DNA of 64,000 bases from Ructibacterium sp. (GTDB lineage Bacteria; Bacillota; Clostridia; Monoglobales; Monoglobaceae). The notes under the pieces are model-generated. The model did no database searches, was not told where the DNA came from, and saw nothing but the letters and a program-made list of their open reading frames with translations. This document shows positions 47,284 through 57,649 of this stretch, one piece after another. Numbering within the stretch: the first letter of the stretch is position 1; each line of letters opens with the position of its first letter. Both the position numbers and the translations under genes were made by a program. The stretch lies in NCBI GenBank assembly GCA_045542095.1, contig JAZQKJ010000024.1, positions 11,254 to 75,253 on the forward strand. The letters run 5' to 3'.

Positions 47284-48960
47284 CTAAAACAGGCCTGTTA
47301 TTTTGCCTGCGCTGTCTATATCCATATTATTTGCTGCAGGCTCCTTGGGAAGACCCGGCATGGTCATTACGTCCCCTGTGAGAGCAACCACAAAGCCAGC
47401 ACCTGCCGAAATGTTAAGCTCACGGACAGTAATGGTAAAGTTCTCGGGACGACCTAAAAGTTTGGGGTCGTCAGAGAGAGAATACTGGGTTTTTGCCATA
47501 CAGATTGGCAGTTTGTCAAAGCCCAGCGCGGTGAGCTCCTTTATCTCACGCTCTGCCTTTGGTGTGTAGTTTACACCTGATGCGCCGTAAATCTTGCCTG
47601 CAATTGTTGCGATTTTATCTTTAATAGGCAGTTTTTCGTCATAGATTGGTGCAAAGGTACTGCTTCCATCGGCTTTTTCGATGGTTTCCACCACCATGTT
47701 TGCAAGGTCGCAACCACCGTCGCCGCCCTTTGCAAATACTTCGCAGAGAGCAACCTTAACACCCTTTTCTTCACAGAAGTTGCGGATAATTTCCAGCTCC
47801 GCATCTGTATCTGTGTGGAAACGGTTCATGGCAACCACAACGGAAATACCATACTTTTGCATATTTTCAATATGTGCACCAAGGTTAACGATACCTTTTT
47901 TCAGTGCATCTGTGTTTTCCTCTACCAAATCAGCTTTAGCAACGCCGCCGTTATATTTAAGGGCGCGGACAGTTGCAACAAGAACAACCATGCTTGGCTT
48001 TAGACCGCCGTAACGGCACTTAATATCAAAGAATTTTTCTGCACCAAGGTCAGAGCCAAAGCCTGCTTCTGTAATACAGTAGTCTGCAAGCTTTAAGCCA
48101 AGTTTTGTTGCCTGAATTGAGTTACAGCCGTGGGCAATATTGGCAAAAGGTCCGCCGTGCATAAGGCAGGGTGTGTTTTCTACTGTCTGTACAAGGTTTG
48201 GCTTTATTGCATCGTGAAGGAGCAGAGCCATTGCCTTTGAAACACCGATTTCCTCTGCGGTAACAGGCTCGCCCTTCAGGTTATATGCCACAACAATTCT
48301 GCCCAGGCGTACCTTTAAATCCTCCATATCTGTTGCAAGACAGAGGATAGCCATAATCTCACTGGCAACGGTTATCTGGAAACCGTCTTCCCTTGGGAAA
48401 CCGTTTGGCTTGCCTCCAAGACCAACAATAACCTGACGGAGAGCTCTGTCGTTCATGTCAAGACAGCGTTTCCATTTTATACGACGTAAGTCGATATTTA
48501 AAGCATTACCCTGATGAATATGGTTATCTATTGCCGCAGAAAGCAGGTTATTTGCTGAAGTGATTGCATGCATGTCACCTGTAAAATGAAGATTTATATC
48601 CTCCATTGGTACAACCTGAGCATAACCGCCACCTGCTGCACCGCCTTTAACGCCCATAACAGGACCCATTGACGGCTCTCGCAGAGCAATAATTGCATTT
48701 TTACCTATTTTTGCCATAGCCTGTCCAAGACCAACGGTTACTGTGGTCTTTCCCTCTCCTGCAGGGGTGGGATTTATGGCAGTTACAAGGATAAGCTTAC
48801 CGTTTTCGTTTTTCTCGGCAACCTTCCATACATCCTCTCCTAATTTTGCCTTGTATTTTCCATAGAATTCAAGACAATCCTCGGGAATATTAATTTTTTC
48901 CGCAACCTCTTTAATAGGTAACATTTTAGCTTCCTGTGCAATTTCAATGTCCTTTTTCAT
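47284..48960 (-). CDS. fhs: Formate--tetrahydrofolate ligase
   Basis: [52 protein letters not shown]. Confidence 0.98.
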   Translation of the reverse strand: MKKDIEIAQEAKMLPIKEVAEKINIPEDCLEFYGKYKAKLGEDVWKVAEKNENGKLILVTAINPTPAGEGKTTVTVGLGQAMAKIGKNAIIALREPSMGPVMGVKGGAAGGGYAQVVPMEDINLHFTGDMHAITSANNLLSAAIDNHIHQGNALNIDLRRIKWKRCLDMNDRALRQVIVGLGGKPNGFPREDGFQITVASEIMAILCLATDMEDLKVRLGRIVVAYNLKGEPVTAEEIGVSKAMALLLHDAIKPNLVQTVENTPCLMHGGPFANIAHGCNSIQATKLGLKLADYCITEAGFGSDLGAEKFFDIKCRYGGLKPSMVVLVATVRALKYNGGVAKADLVEENTDALKKGIVNLGAHIENMQKYGISVVVAMNRFHTDTDAELEIIRNFCEEKGVKVALCEVFAKGGDGGCDLANMVVETIEKADGSSTFAPIYDEKLPIKDKIATIAGKIYGASGVNYTPKAEREIKELTALGFDKLPICMAKTQYSLSDDPKLLGRPENFTITVRELNISAGAGFVVALTGDVMTMPGLPKEPAANNMDIDSAGKITGLF

Positions 48961-49004
48961 CAGTATCGCTCCTTACATAAATTATATTTTATCCTAAAGC
49001 CTGC

Positions 49005-49985
49005 TTATACAATTTTTTTTGATGCAGCTCTTCGTATAATTTCGATTACATTAACATTTCCCATTGTGCCGGAAATGGTCATTCGGGTCAGATTTTCGAT
49101 ACCTTCTGACGGGATATTAACCTGAAAATCCTCTTCTGTGGACTTGTCATCAACCAAAGTTTGCAGTTTATAGCCTGCACTCTTTGCGGCTGCCTTTACC
49201 TCATCAGTGTAAGACCCATAAGGGAATGCTATCATATCGCATTCCTTGCCGAGATTTTTCTCGATGGTGTATTTGGATTTGCGAAGCTCGGTTACAAGGC
49301 TCGAATAATCAACCGTTGCAAGAGCTTTGTGGCTTGCTGTGTGGGATTGAATGTCGATAAATCCGCTGTCCTCCATCTCTTTTGCCTGTTCCCAGGTGAA
49401 GTGAGAATAATTCACCTTTCCGCCACCTGCCATTTCTCCCACTGTGTCGGTAACCACAAATATAGTAGCAGGAATTTCAAGCTCTTTTAAAATAGGATAA
49501 GCAATTTCATAATTGCTTAAATACCCGTCGTCAAAGGTGATGATAACAGGCTTATCGGGAATTGTAACACTGCCGTCGGTACAGGTAACATATTCATAAT
49601 ACTGCCTTAAGCTTATTGGGGTATAGTGAACCTTAAGAGCGGTCATGTGAAGTCTGAAATCATAGGGAGAAATAAGTGAAATTTCGTTTCCTCCGCTGAA
49701 TGCCTCGTCTGTTATATGATGATATAACAAAATGGGAACCTTAATGACCTTTTCTTCCTGAGGCTCCTGAGGTGTTTCCTCTTCCTCTATGTCAGATTCA
49801 TCATCTGTAACCTCTTCGGTTTCAGCATTTTCTTCATTTTTTTCAATTTCGTCTGTTTCTGTGGCGTTGTTGCCTGAATTTAATATCCAGGCAGGAGGGG
49901 TAGAAACAGCCCCTGCCTCAAGCCCCGAGAAAACAAAAATGAAAATAAGCAAAACTGAAAAATATTTAATTAAAGTTTTTCTCAT
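49005..49985 (-). CDS. Secreted polysaccharide deacetylase (CE4, IcaB/PgaB-like)
   Basis: Signal peptide, acidic linker, [27 protein letters not shown]. Start at ATG 49985. Confidence 0.88.
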   Translation of the reverse strand: MRKTLIKYFSVLLIFIFVFSGLEAGAVSTPPAWILNSGNNATETDEIEKNEENAETEEVTDDESDIEEEETPQEPQEEKVIKVPILLYHHITDEAFSGGNEISLISPYDFRLHMTALKVHYTPISLRQYYEYVTCTDGSVTIPDKPVIITFDDGYLSNYEIAYPILKELEIPATIFVVTDTVGEMAGGGKVNYSHFTWEQAKEMEDSGFIDIQSHTASHKALATVDYSSLVTELRKSKYTIEKNLGKECDMIAFPYGSYTDEVKAAAKSAGYKLQTLVDDKSTEEDFQVNIPSEGIENLTRMTISGTMGNVNVIEIIRRAASKKIV

Positions 49986-51387
49986 GTTTTCCAAAAACCT
50001 TTCTGAATTCATTGTAAAACTCCTGATTACTCTTTGTCTTAAGGAGCAGGCGCAGTATGGTTTCTGTTGCCTCTGTGTTTTGGGAGTCTGCAAAGGACCT
50101 GCGGATTTGACGCATAAATTCAAGCTCTGTTTTGCCAAGGAGAAGTTCTTCTTTTCTTGTGCCTGATTTTATAAGGTCAATAGCAGGGAATATCCTGCGT
50201 TCCTGAAGACGTCTGTCCAGGTGGATTTCCATGTTGCCTGTGCCCTTGAATTCCTCGTAAATCATATCGTCCATACGGCTGCCTGTTTCTATAAGAGCAG
50301 TTGCCAGAATGGTCAGACTTCCTCCACCCTCTATGTTTCTTGCGGCACCGAAGAATCGTTTGGGTTTGTAAAGGGCTCCCGGGTCAAGACCACCTGAGAG
50401 AGTTCTGCCTGTAGGAGAAATGGTAAGGTTATATGCACGGGTAAGTCTTGTTATACTATCTAAAAGAATTACAACGTCCTGCTTATGTTCAACAAGGCGT
50501 TTTGCACGCTCCAGTACAATTTCTGCCACCTTTACATGATTTTGAGGTTCTTCGTCAAAGGTAGAGAAAATAACGTCGCCCTTTATACTTCTTTGCATGT
50601 CCGTAACTTCTTCGGGGCGTTCGTCTATTAAAAGTACAATAAGCTGTACATCGGGATTATTCTCGGTAATGCTGTTGGCAATGTTTTTAAGCAGGGTGGT
50701 TTTTCCTGCTTTCGGGGGTGCAACGATTATTCCTCGCTGACCTTTGCCTACGGGAGCAATAAGGTCAATTAAGCGCATGGAATAGTCGCTTTCGCTTGTT
50801 GTAAGATTTAATCTTTTATCGGGATAAACAGGGGTTAAATCGTCAAAAGATTTTCTGCGGATAGAAACATCCACCCTGTCGTTGTTTACGGTCTGAACAT
50901 ATAAAAGAGCCTGATAACGCTCTCCCTCATGCTGCATACGTGCGTTTCCTACTATAAAATCGCCTGTTTTTAAATTAAAACGTCTGATTTGATTTTGGGA
51001 AACATACACATCGTTTTCTCCCGATTGATAGTTGTCGCTTCGCAAAAAGCCATAACCGTCTGCCATAACCTCTAAAACACCGCTCATAAGATTGGTTCTT
51101 CTTACAGGGTCGGAATATTCAAAGTCGGAAGTTTTTTTATCATTAGTATTGTCTAAAACAGGCGGAATATCCGCATTTGTTTCGGATTCAGGTTCAGGGA
51201 AAATACCATTTTTTGCATCATTTAAAAGTTTTTCCTGATGCTCGGCGTTATCAAGCTTGGCTTTTACAGAGATAATTTTTTCCATAAGCTCTGCTTTTCT
51301 AAGCTTGCTCAGGTTGGATATTCCAAGCTCTTTGCCAATTTCCTGAAGCTGACTTAACTTTAACTTTTCGAGATTTTCTTTATTCAT
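49966..51387 (-). CDS. rho: Transcription termination factor Rho
   Basis: [69 protein letters not shown]. Confidence 0.97.
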   Translation of the reverse strand: MNKENLEKLKLSQLQEIGKELGISNLSKLRKAELMEKIISVKAKLDNAEHQEKLLNDAKNGIFPEPESETNADIPPVLDNTNDKKTSDFEYSDPVRRTNLMSGVLEVMADGYGFLRSDNYQSGENDVYVSQNQIRRFNLKTGDFIVGNARMQHEGERYQALLYVQTVNNDRVDVSIRRKSFDDLTPVYPDKRLNLTTSESDYSMRLIDLIAPVGKGQRGIIVAPPKAGKTTLLKNIANSITENNPDVQLIVLLIDERPEEVTDMQRSIKGDVIFSTFDEEPQNHVKVAEIVLERAKRLVEHKQDVVILLDSITRLTRAYNLTISPTGRTLSGGLDPGALYKPKRFFGAARNIEGGGSLTILATALIETGSRMDDMIYEEFKGTGNMEIHLDRRLQERRIFPAIDLIKSGTRKEELLLGKTELEFMRQIRRSFADSQNTEATETILRLLLKTKSNQEFYNEFRKVFGKHEKNFN

Positions 51388-51391
51388 ATTT

Positions 51392-52051
51392 TCACTCCAT
51401 ATTCAATTCGGTGTTTTTAATAACAGAATCAGGTAGGACTATCTGTATTATGGGGTTGTTATAATAAAGTGTTTTTGTTACAACTGAATTTTCGATATAT
51501 TGGTTTACGGTGGGGTTTTTCCCTGTGGGAATAAATACATAGATTGCCGCAAGGATTACAAAGGCTATAAGTGCTCCCTCTAAAAAGCCCAGAAAAAGTC
51601 CCGCTGTGTGATTGAAAAATCCGATAACAGGCAGAGAGGCAAATAGATTGAGAACCTTTGACAAAATAAGTATTAAAAGCTTGATAATAATAAGCAAAAG
51701 AATAAATGCAATTATGTTAAGCACAAGATCTGCAAGGTATTGTGAAATAAGCTGGGAAACCTCGGTTGTGCTTTTGTCAAGAATATCTTTAAGAGCATTT
51801 GGCGCAGCCGTTTGGGTTTCGCCTGCTGCATTTGTAAGGCTGACATTATTTAAAATCGAGCCATAAACCGCGGTGCCTTTGAGAAAATCAGCAAAAATCG
51901 GATAAAAGAGCCATGCCAGAATTATAGATGCAATAAATGACAAAAGACGAAAACCCATTTTAATCAGTCCGCCCCGCCAGCCCTGATACGCAAATATGCC
52001 AATCAGGACAAAAAGAATGATGTCTGTAATGCTGAAAGGAAAAGAACCCAT
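51392..52051 (-). CDS. CvpA family protein
   Basis: [35 protein letters not shown]. Confidence 0.82.
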   Translation of the reverse strand: MGSFPFSITDIILFVLIGIFAYQGWRGGLIKMGFRLLSFIASIILAWLFYPIFADFLKGTAVYGSILNNVSLTNAAGETQTAAPNALKDILDKSTTEVSQLISQYLADLVLNIIAFILLLIIIKLLILILSKVLNLFASLPVIGFFNHTAGLFLGFLEGALIAFVILAAIYVFIPTGKNPTVNQYIENSVVTKTLYYNNPIIQIVLPDSVIKNTELNME

Positions 52052-52061
52052 ACTATCGCTC

Positions 52062-53246
52062 CTATCTCATTCTGACAACATCGGCAGACTCGCTGCCAAG
52101 TGCCATAACGGTTTTGCCGTCCCCGAAAAGTCCTAAACTTTTTATATCGTGGTTGCTGGTAACAGATCTTTTAAGCTTGCCGCGTTTATTAACATATAGA
52201 ATATCACGGCGTGTGGCAAGCATTACACCTTCATCGCAGGTTGCAATACTGTTGATTGTATTGTCGGAACTGTAACGGCCTTTAAGCTTTCCTCTGGTAT
52301 TGTATAATTCCAGGACCTCTCCTCCTCTGTTGTCAATGGTGACAAAGGAAAAGAGCTTTCCGTTTGATATATCGTATTTACCGGGATTTTTTCCGGCAAA
52401 GGAAACTTCGAATTTAAGATGCCCGCTCTTTGAATATCCGCAGAATTCAACATCGGATACCGAGAGAAGACGGTCATTTGAGAAAAGTATCTCGCTGATT
52501 ATTGTGTTGGAACGTTTGGCAGTATTTATTACTTTCTTGCGGTTTAAGTCAATAAACTGTATGTTAGAGCCTGCCTGTGCCTCCGTTGAGGTAAGCTGTG
52601 AAACCGCTATATGCCGTCCGTTTTCATGGATAGCAACGTCGGTAATATGGCCATCTCCGCTGTTCCAGCTGAAACGTTCTCTGCCTTTTTTGTCATAGAC
52701 AGTTATCTTTCCTTTATAGCCTACTGTCGAGGTTGCAATAATAACGTCACCGTTTTTATTTACCTCGGCAGAGATTATATCACTGCCAAGATTAAACTCG
52801 TTTAAAACCTTTCCGTCTTTATAAAGTATAGCGGTATGGTTTCCGTCCAGATCAGCCGAGAGGAGATAATTTCCCGAAACCTCTGTCAAGGGTTTTGTAG
52901 CGGCGCGCTTTACATCCCAGCGTACATCGCCCTTTTTGTTTATGGATTTGATGCCCTGATTATTATGCATAATAATATCTTTATTTCCCGTCAGCATTGA
53001 ATATCTTCCGCCTGCACCAAACTCCAAATCAATGGTTGAAAGCTTTTTTGAGGGAATGGAGAATAAGTTTACAAGAATAATAAGAATTAACAAGAAAGCA
53101 ACAGAAAACAATCCCAGACGTCCCGGACGCAGGGTGTAGGTCTTATCTTTAACCACAAGAGATTTTTCTGTTGACATTAAATGGTTAAAGGATGTTTTAA
53201 GACTGATTGACTTTTGCTTTTCCCGTTTCTTTTTCATTATATTCAT
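52062..53246 (-). CDS. DUF5711 family protein (membrane-anchored beta-propeller-like)
   Basis: Basic N-terminus, one TM segment, repeated beta-rich units (G...W, I....N.G); adjacent to cvpA-like gene. Confidence 0.6.
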   Translation of the reverse strand: MNIMKKKREKQKSISLKTSFNHLMSTEKSLVVKDKTYTLRPGRLGLFSVAFLLILIILVNLFSIPSKKLSTIDLEFGAGGRYSMLTGNKDIIMHNNQGIKSINKKGDVRWDVKRAATKPLTEVSGNYLLSADLDGNHTAILYKDGKVLNEFNLGSDIISAEVNKNGDVIIATSTVGYKGKITVYDKKGRERFSWNSGDGHITDVAIHENGRHIAVSQLTSTEAQAGSNIQFIDLNRKKVINTAKRSNTIISEILFSNDRLLSVSDVEFCGYSKSGHLKFEVSFAGKNPGKYDISNGKLFSFVTIDNRGGEVLELYNTRGKLKGRYSSDNTINSIATCDEGVMLATRRDILYVNKRGKLKRSVTSNHDIKSLGLFGDGKTVMALGSESADVVRMR

Positions 53247-53255
53247 CCAATCACT

Positions 53256-54002
53256 TTAATAATATACTTTTTTCAAGAATAAGCCCTGGGGCGGAGCGGT
53301 CAGTCCGCCTTTTGTTCTGTCACAGGAATCAATTATTCCGGGGATATGGTCAGGCGATATCCGACTAAATCCCACCTCGCAAAGGGTTCCTGTTATAATT
53401 CGTACCATGTTATAAAGAAAGGCATCTGCCTCAACCGTAACGGAGATAAGCCCGGGGTTTTTGCTGTCCTGCTCCACTTTGCACAGCCGAACTGTTCTTA
53501 CGGTGGTCTTTTGACTTCCCCCTGTTGCCATAAACCCTGCAAAATCGTGGGTGCCCTCAAAAAGAGGAGCGGCTTTTATCATGGCGTCAATGTCCATTTT
53601 ATAAGGGATATGCCAGCTGTATCTGGTTTCAAAGGGGTTGTTCATAACCGAATTCCAGATTTTATAAACATATTGCTTTCCGCAGGAGTTAAACCTTGCA
53701 TTAAAGTCAGGCTCTGTCTCCCATGCTTCAAGGGCGGTTATGTCGGAAAGTCGCATCTGGTGGTTAAGGGCATAGGGTAACTTCTCTGTGGGTATACCCG
53801 TTTCTGACATAAAATTGAATACGTAGTCAAGAGCGTGAACTCCCGCATCTGTACGGCTGCAGCCTGTTACCTGAATATCTTCCCCTGTGAGGCTCGACAG
53901 GGATTCTTCTATAATCTGCTGAATGGTCAACCCATTTTTTTGACGTTGCCAGCCATGGTAGGCGGTCCCGTCATAGCAAATCCGCATTGCAATATTTTTC
54001 AA
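53256..54002 (-). CDS. truA: tRNA pseudouridine(38-40) synthase
   Basis: YDGTAYHGWQRQ, GCSRTDAGVHA, FNARF, FLYNMVRII, TAPPQGLFL; probable TTG start at 54002. Confidence 0.95.
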   Translation of the reverse strand: MKNIAMRICYDGTAYHGWQRQKNGLTIQQIIEESLSSLTGEDIQVTGCSRTDAGVHALDYVFNFMSETGIPTEKLPYALNHQMRLSDITALEAWETEPDFNARFNSCGKQYVYKIWNSVMNNPFETRYSWHIPYKMDIDAMIKAAPLFEGTHDFAGFMATGGSQKTTVRTVRLCKVEQDSKNPGLISVTVEADAFLYNMVRIITGTLCEVGFSRISPDHIPGIIDSCDRTKGGLTAPPQGLFLKKVYY

Positions 54003-54022
54003 TATAATCAACCCTGCCTTTA

Positions 54023-54835
54023 CTATACAGACTTGCCGCCTATAATGTTGATGGCGATTAAAATCCCTCCAAGAAGAGCCACAACAACCCATGCATAAAC
54101 ATCAATTCTGCCATATTTCAGCTGTTTTAACCGCGTTCGGTTTTCTCCCCCACGATAGCAACGACATTCCATAGCTGTTGCAAGTTCGTCTGCTCTGCGG
54201 AATGCACTTATGAATAAAGGTATAAGTATGGGAATCATTGCTTTTGCTCTGGAAATAAGATTTCCGCTGTCAAAGTCAGCTCCTCTAGCCGTTTGAGCCT
54301 TTATAATTTTATCGGTTTCTTCCATAAGAGTAGGAATGAAACGCAGAGCAATAGACATCATCATGGCAAGCTCGTGGGCAGGTATGCCTATTTTCCTGAA
54401 AGGATTGAGAAGATGCTCAAGTCCGTCTGTCAGGGATATAGGTGATGTTGTAAGGGTTAAAAGAGATGTTCCGAGAATAAGGAAAATCAGCCTTAGCACC
54501 ATAAATGATGCAAAATACAAACCCTCTTTTGTTACAGTGAATATCCACCATGAGAAGATAGGCTCGCCATCTGTTAAAAACAGATTAAAAAGGGCGGTAA
54601 TGACTATGAATATAAGAATGGGTTTGAGCCCTTTTATTACAAATTTGGGCGGAATTTTTGAGATTAGAATACAACTTCCTATAAAAAGTGCCAAAATAGC
54701 AAAACCAAGGAAATTCTGAACAGAGAATGTCAGAACAATATAGGCGATTATTATAAGAATCTTTGTTCTTGGGTCAAGGCGATGAATTATTGTATCCCCC
54801 GGGAAGTATTGCCCTAAAGTTATGTCCTTTAGCAT
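54023..54835 (-). CDS. ecfT: ECF transporter transmembrane component
   Basis: DITLGQYFPGDT.IHRLDPRTK, IALRFIP, ARG, AMECRCY. Confidence 0.95.
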   Translation of the reverse strand: MLKDITLGQYFPGDTIIHRLDPRTKILIIIAYIVLTFSVQNFLGFAILALFIGSCILISKIPPKFVIKGLKPILIFIVITALFNLFLTDGEPIFSWWIFTVTKEGLYFASFMVLRLIFLILGTSLLTLTTSPISLTDGLEHLLNPFRKIGIPAHELAMMMSIALRFIPTLMEETDKIIKAQTARGADFDSGNLISRAKAMIPILIPLFISAFRRADELATAMECRCYRGGENRTRLKQLKYGRIDVYAWVVVALLGGILIAINIIGGKSV

Positions 54836-55692
54836 AAGGTATTCCCCCTCTCTTTGAGAAGTCGGGAAAGCTCTCTATGAGCATCGTAAACGGTGTAAAT
54901 GCCTGAACTTACAGGGATACCCCTTTCGCGGAGTCCGTCCATAATTTTGGTAATCTGTGGCACGTTAAGACCAATTTCTGTAAGTCGCTTCGCATTTTTA
55001 AAGACTTCCTCTTTCTTGCCGAACATTTCCACACTTCCGTGGTTCATTACGATAATTCTGTCAGCAAGCTTTGCGATATCCTCCATACTGTGGGAAACAA
55101 GTATTACTGTCATATCAAGTCTTTTATGCATATCGCTTATTTTAAATAAAATCTCATCACGGCCTGCAGGGTCAAGACCTGCTGTTGGCTCGTCTAAAAT
55201 CAAAATTTTGGGTGCCATGGCAAGTACTCCTGCAATTGCAACACGGCGTTTTTGTCCCCCTGATAAGTCAAAGGGAGACTTTTGAAGAATTTCAGGGGAA
55301 AGCCCCACCATATCTGCCGCAAATTTAACTCTGTCTTCTATTTCTTCTTTGGAAAGTCCCATATTTGACGGACCGAAGGCAATATCCTTTGCAACGGTTT
55401 CTTCAAAGAGCTGATATTCTGGGTATTGCATAACCAAACCCACATCAAAACGAACCTGTCGCAAATTTGTGGATTTTGCAGATAGGTCTTTGCCGTCTAT
55501 ATAGATTTTGCCGGAAGATGGCTTTAAAAGTCCGTTAAGAAGTTGGATAAGAGTAGACTTTCCTGAGCCTGTATGTCCTATAAGTCCAATAAACTCCCCT
55601 TTATTTATCTGCAGGGACACGTTATTGAGAGCGGTTTTTTCAAAATGACCGCCTTCCATATAGACATAACTAACATTTTCAAGCTTTATCAT
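54829..55692 (-). CDS. ecfA2: ECF transporter ATPase A'
   Basis: GHTGSGKST, QYPEYQLF, LSGGQKRRVAIAG, DEPTAGLDP. Confidence 0.93.
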   Translation of the reverse strand: MIKLENVSYVYMEGGHFEKTALNNVSLQINKGEFIGLIGHTGSGKSTLIQLLNGLLKPSSGKIYIDGKDLSAKSTNLRQVRFDVGLVMQYPEYQLFEETVAKDIAFGPSNMGLSKEEIEDRVKFAADMVGLSPEILQKSPFDLSGGQKRRVAIAGVLAMAPKILILDEPTAGLDPAGRDEILFKISDMHKRLDMTVILVSHSMEDIAKLADRIIVMNHGSVEMFGKKEEVFKNAKRLTEIGLNVPQITKIMDGLRERGIPVSSGIYTVYDAHRELSRLLKERGNTLC

Positions 55693-55697
55693 GGAAA

Positions 55698-56546
55698 TCA
55701 CCTTTTGAATTTCTCTGTAATCTCTTTAATGCAGGCATATGCATCTAAAATCCTGGTATCAATATCAAAACCGTCACGGTTTAGAAGATACACAAGCTCC
55801 GTTGCCTGCGGGGTGTCAAGTCCGAAACCTTTGAGCTTTTCCACCTGTGGGAAAACACTGTCGGGTGTTCCTTCCATTCGGATTTCTCCGTTATCTATAA
55901 CTACTACTCTGTCAGCCTGTACCGCCTCGTCCATGTAATGGGTGATAAGAACAACAGTCATTCCCTTTTGGCGATTAAGCTGTTTTACTGTTTCTATAAT
56001 TTCTTTTCTGCCTGATGGGTCAAGCATGGCTGTGGGTTCGTCAAGTACAAGAATATCAGGCTCCATAGCAAGAACTCCTGCAATGGCAATCCTCTGTTTT
56101 TGTCCGCCCGACAGCATGTGCGGGGCGTGTTGCTTGAACTGTGACATATTAACTGCCTCAAGGGCATCGTCGACACGACGGCGGATTTCCTCTCTTGGAA
56201 CTCCTAAATTCTCGGGAGCAAACGCCACATCCTCTTCTACTATGTTTGCAACCATCTGATTGTCGGGATTTTGAAAAACCATACCTACTCTTTTACGGAT
56301 ATCGTATAATTTATCACCGTCACGGGTGTCTATACCCATAACATTTACCTCTCCCGATGAGGGAAGAAGTATAGCGTTTAAATGCTTTGCAAGGGTGGAT
56401 TTTCCTGACCCGTTATGACCTAATACTGCAAGAAACTCACCTTTTTTAACTTTCATGTTTATTCCCTGAAGAACGGGAACTTCCTGACTTGTTTCTTCGT
56501 CTAAATATCTGAAACAAAGCTGTTTTATGTCAATTACTGTGTCCAC
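55698..56546 (-). CDS. ecfA1: ECF transporter ATPase A
   Basis: GHNGSGKST, FQNPDNQ, LSGGQKQRIAIAG, DEPTAMLDP; probable GTG start at 56546. Confidence 0.93.
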   Translation of the reverse strand: MDTVIDIKQLCFRYLDEETSQEVPVLQGINMKVKKGEFLAVLGHNGSGKSTLAKHLNAILLPSSGEVNVMGIDTRDGDKLYDIRKRVGMVFQNPDNQMVANIVEEDVAFAPENLGVPREEIRRRVDDALEAVNMSQFKQHAPHMLSGGQKQRIAIAGVLAMEPDILVLDEPTAMLDPSGRKEIIETVKQLNRQKGMTVVLITHYMDEAVQADRVVVIDNGEIRMEGTPDSVFPQVEKLKGFGLDTPQATELVYLLNRDGFDIDTRILDAYACIKEITEKFKR

Positions 56547-56584
56547 TATGAACACCTTCTTTCGATGATTGGTAATAAATACGC

Positions 56585-56717
56585 GCGGGACGTCGGGGAC
56601 GCCGTCCCCTACAAAATGTACGGCATTGTGTTACACACGGACGACCACACAGGGTCGCCCCTACGGTGTTGTAGGGAACGGGCTTGCTCGTTCCGCTAGG
56701 GTGAAGCGTCACGCTTC
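56585..56717. repeat. REP cluster: class 2 copy, foot-to-foot pair, class 1 copy, module C
   Basis: GCGGGACGTCGGGGACGCCGTCCCCTAC (56585-56612); ACGGACGACCACACAGGGTCGCCCCTAC (56637-56664); GTAGGGAACGGGCTTGCTCGTTCCGC (56671-56696); GGGTGAAGCGTCACGCTTC (56699-56717). Confidence 0.85.
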
Positions 56718-57581
56718 CCAGCGGGAACTGTAACCACAGGGCAATACAAGTCCTCCGTTGGTTATAGGAAGCCCTACCTCGTCTATTTGGGTTGTTCCCC
56801 CAAACCTTTTTTTAAGGGTGAGGCTTAAGATGTTTTCCATAACACTTCCAGAAAGCCCCGTTGTATAAGTATTTATCAGGAAGAACAGTGGTTTATCGCT
56901 TAAAACCTCCATACAAGTATTGATAAGAGGGAAAAGCTCCTGTTCTATTTTCCAGAGTTCTCCGTTTGGACCTCTGCCATAGGAGGGCGGGTCCATAACA
57001 ATTCCGTCGTATTTCCGTCCCCGACGGATTTCCCTTTCAACAAACTTCTTAACATCGTCAACAATATAGCGTATTGGTCTTTGGGAAAGCCCGGACAGCT
57101 CAGCATTTTCCTTTGCCCAGCTCACCATACCCTTTGCGGCATCAACGTGGCATACCGCCGCCCCTGCAGAAGATGCAGCAACGCTTGCACCGCCTGTGTA
57201 GGCAAACAGATTAAGAACATTTACGTCTTTCCTTTTGGAATTTCTGATAATATTCATCATCCAATCCCAGTTTGCTGCCTGCTCAGGGAAAAGCCCCGTA
57301 TGCTTAAAGCCCATGGGCTTAATTCCAAATGACAGGTCCTTGTAATTAATTGTCCAGGAATCAGGAAGTTTATTATAGGTTTCCCATCTTCCTCCCCCTG
57401 ATTTACTGCGGATATATCTGGCATCCGCCTTCTTCCAAAGGGGTGATTTGTCCTTTACGGGAACTTCCCAAACTATTTGTGGGTCGGGACGGATAAGGAG
57501 AAAATCTCCCCACCTTTCCAGTTTCTCACCGGCACTTGCGTCGATCAACTCATAATCCTTCCAGCCGTCTGCTAAAAACAT
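56709..57581 (-). CDS. Class I SAM-dependent methyltransferase (RlmI-like domain)
   Basis: FKHTGLFPEQAANW, VLNLFAYTGG, HVDAAKG, MDPPSYGRG. Confidence 0.88.
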   Translation of the reverse strand: MFLADGWKDYELIDASAGEKLERWGDFLLIRPDPQIVWEVPVKDKSPLWKKADARYIRSKSGGGRWETYNKLPDSWTINYKDLSFGIKPMGFKHTGLFPEQAANWDWMMNIIRNSKRKDVNVLNLFAYTGGASVAASSAGAAVCHVDAAKGMVSWAKENAELSGLSQRPIRYIVDDVKKFVEREIRRGRKYDGIVMDPPSYGRGPNGELWKIEQELFPLINTCMEVLSDKPLFFLINTYTTGLSGSVMENILSLTLKKRFGGTTQIDEVGLPITNGGLVLPCGYSSRWEA

Positions 57582-57649
57582 CCCTTTCCCCGCCTTTTAA
57601 AGATATTTCATCAAATTACTATTATATCATAGATTGTCCCTAACGTCAA

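Noticed and set aside
56530-56712. 60-aa ORF upstream of ecfA1
   Set aside because: Made almost entirely of REP hairpins.
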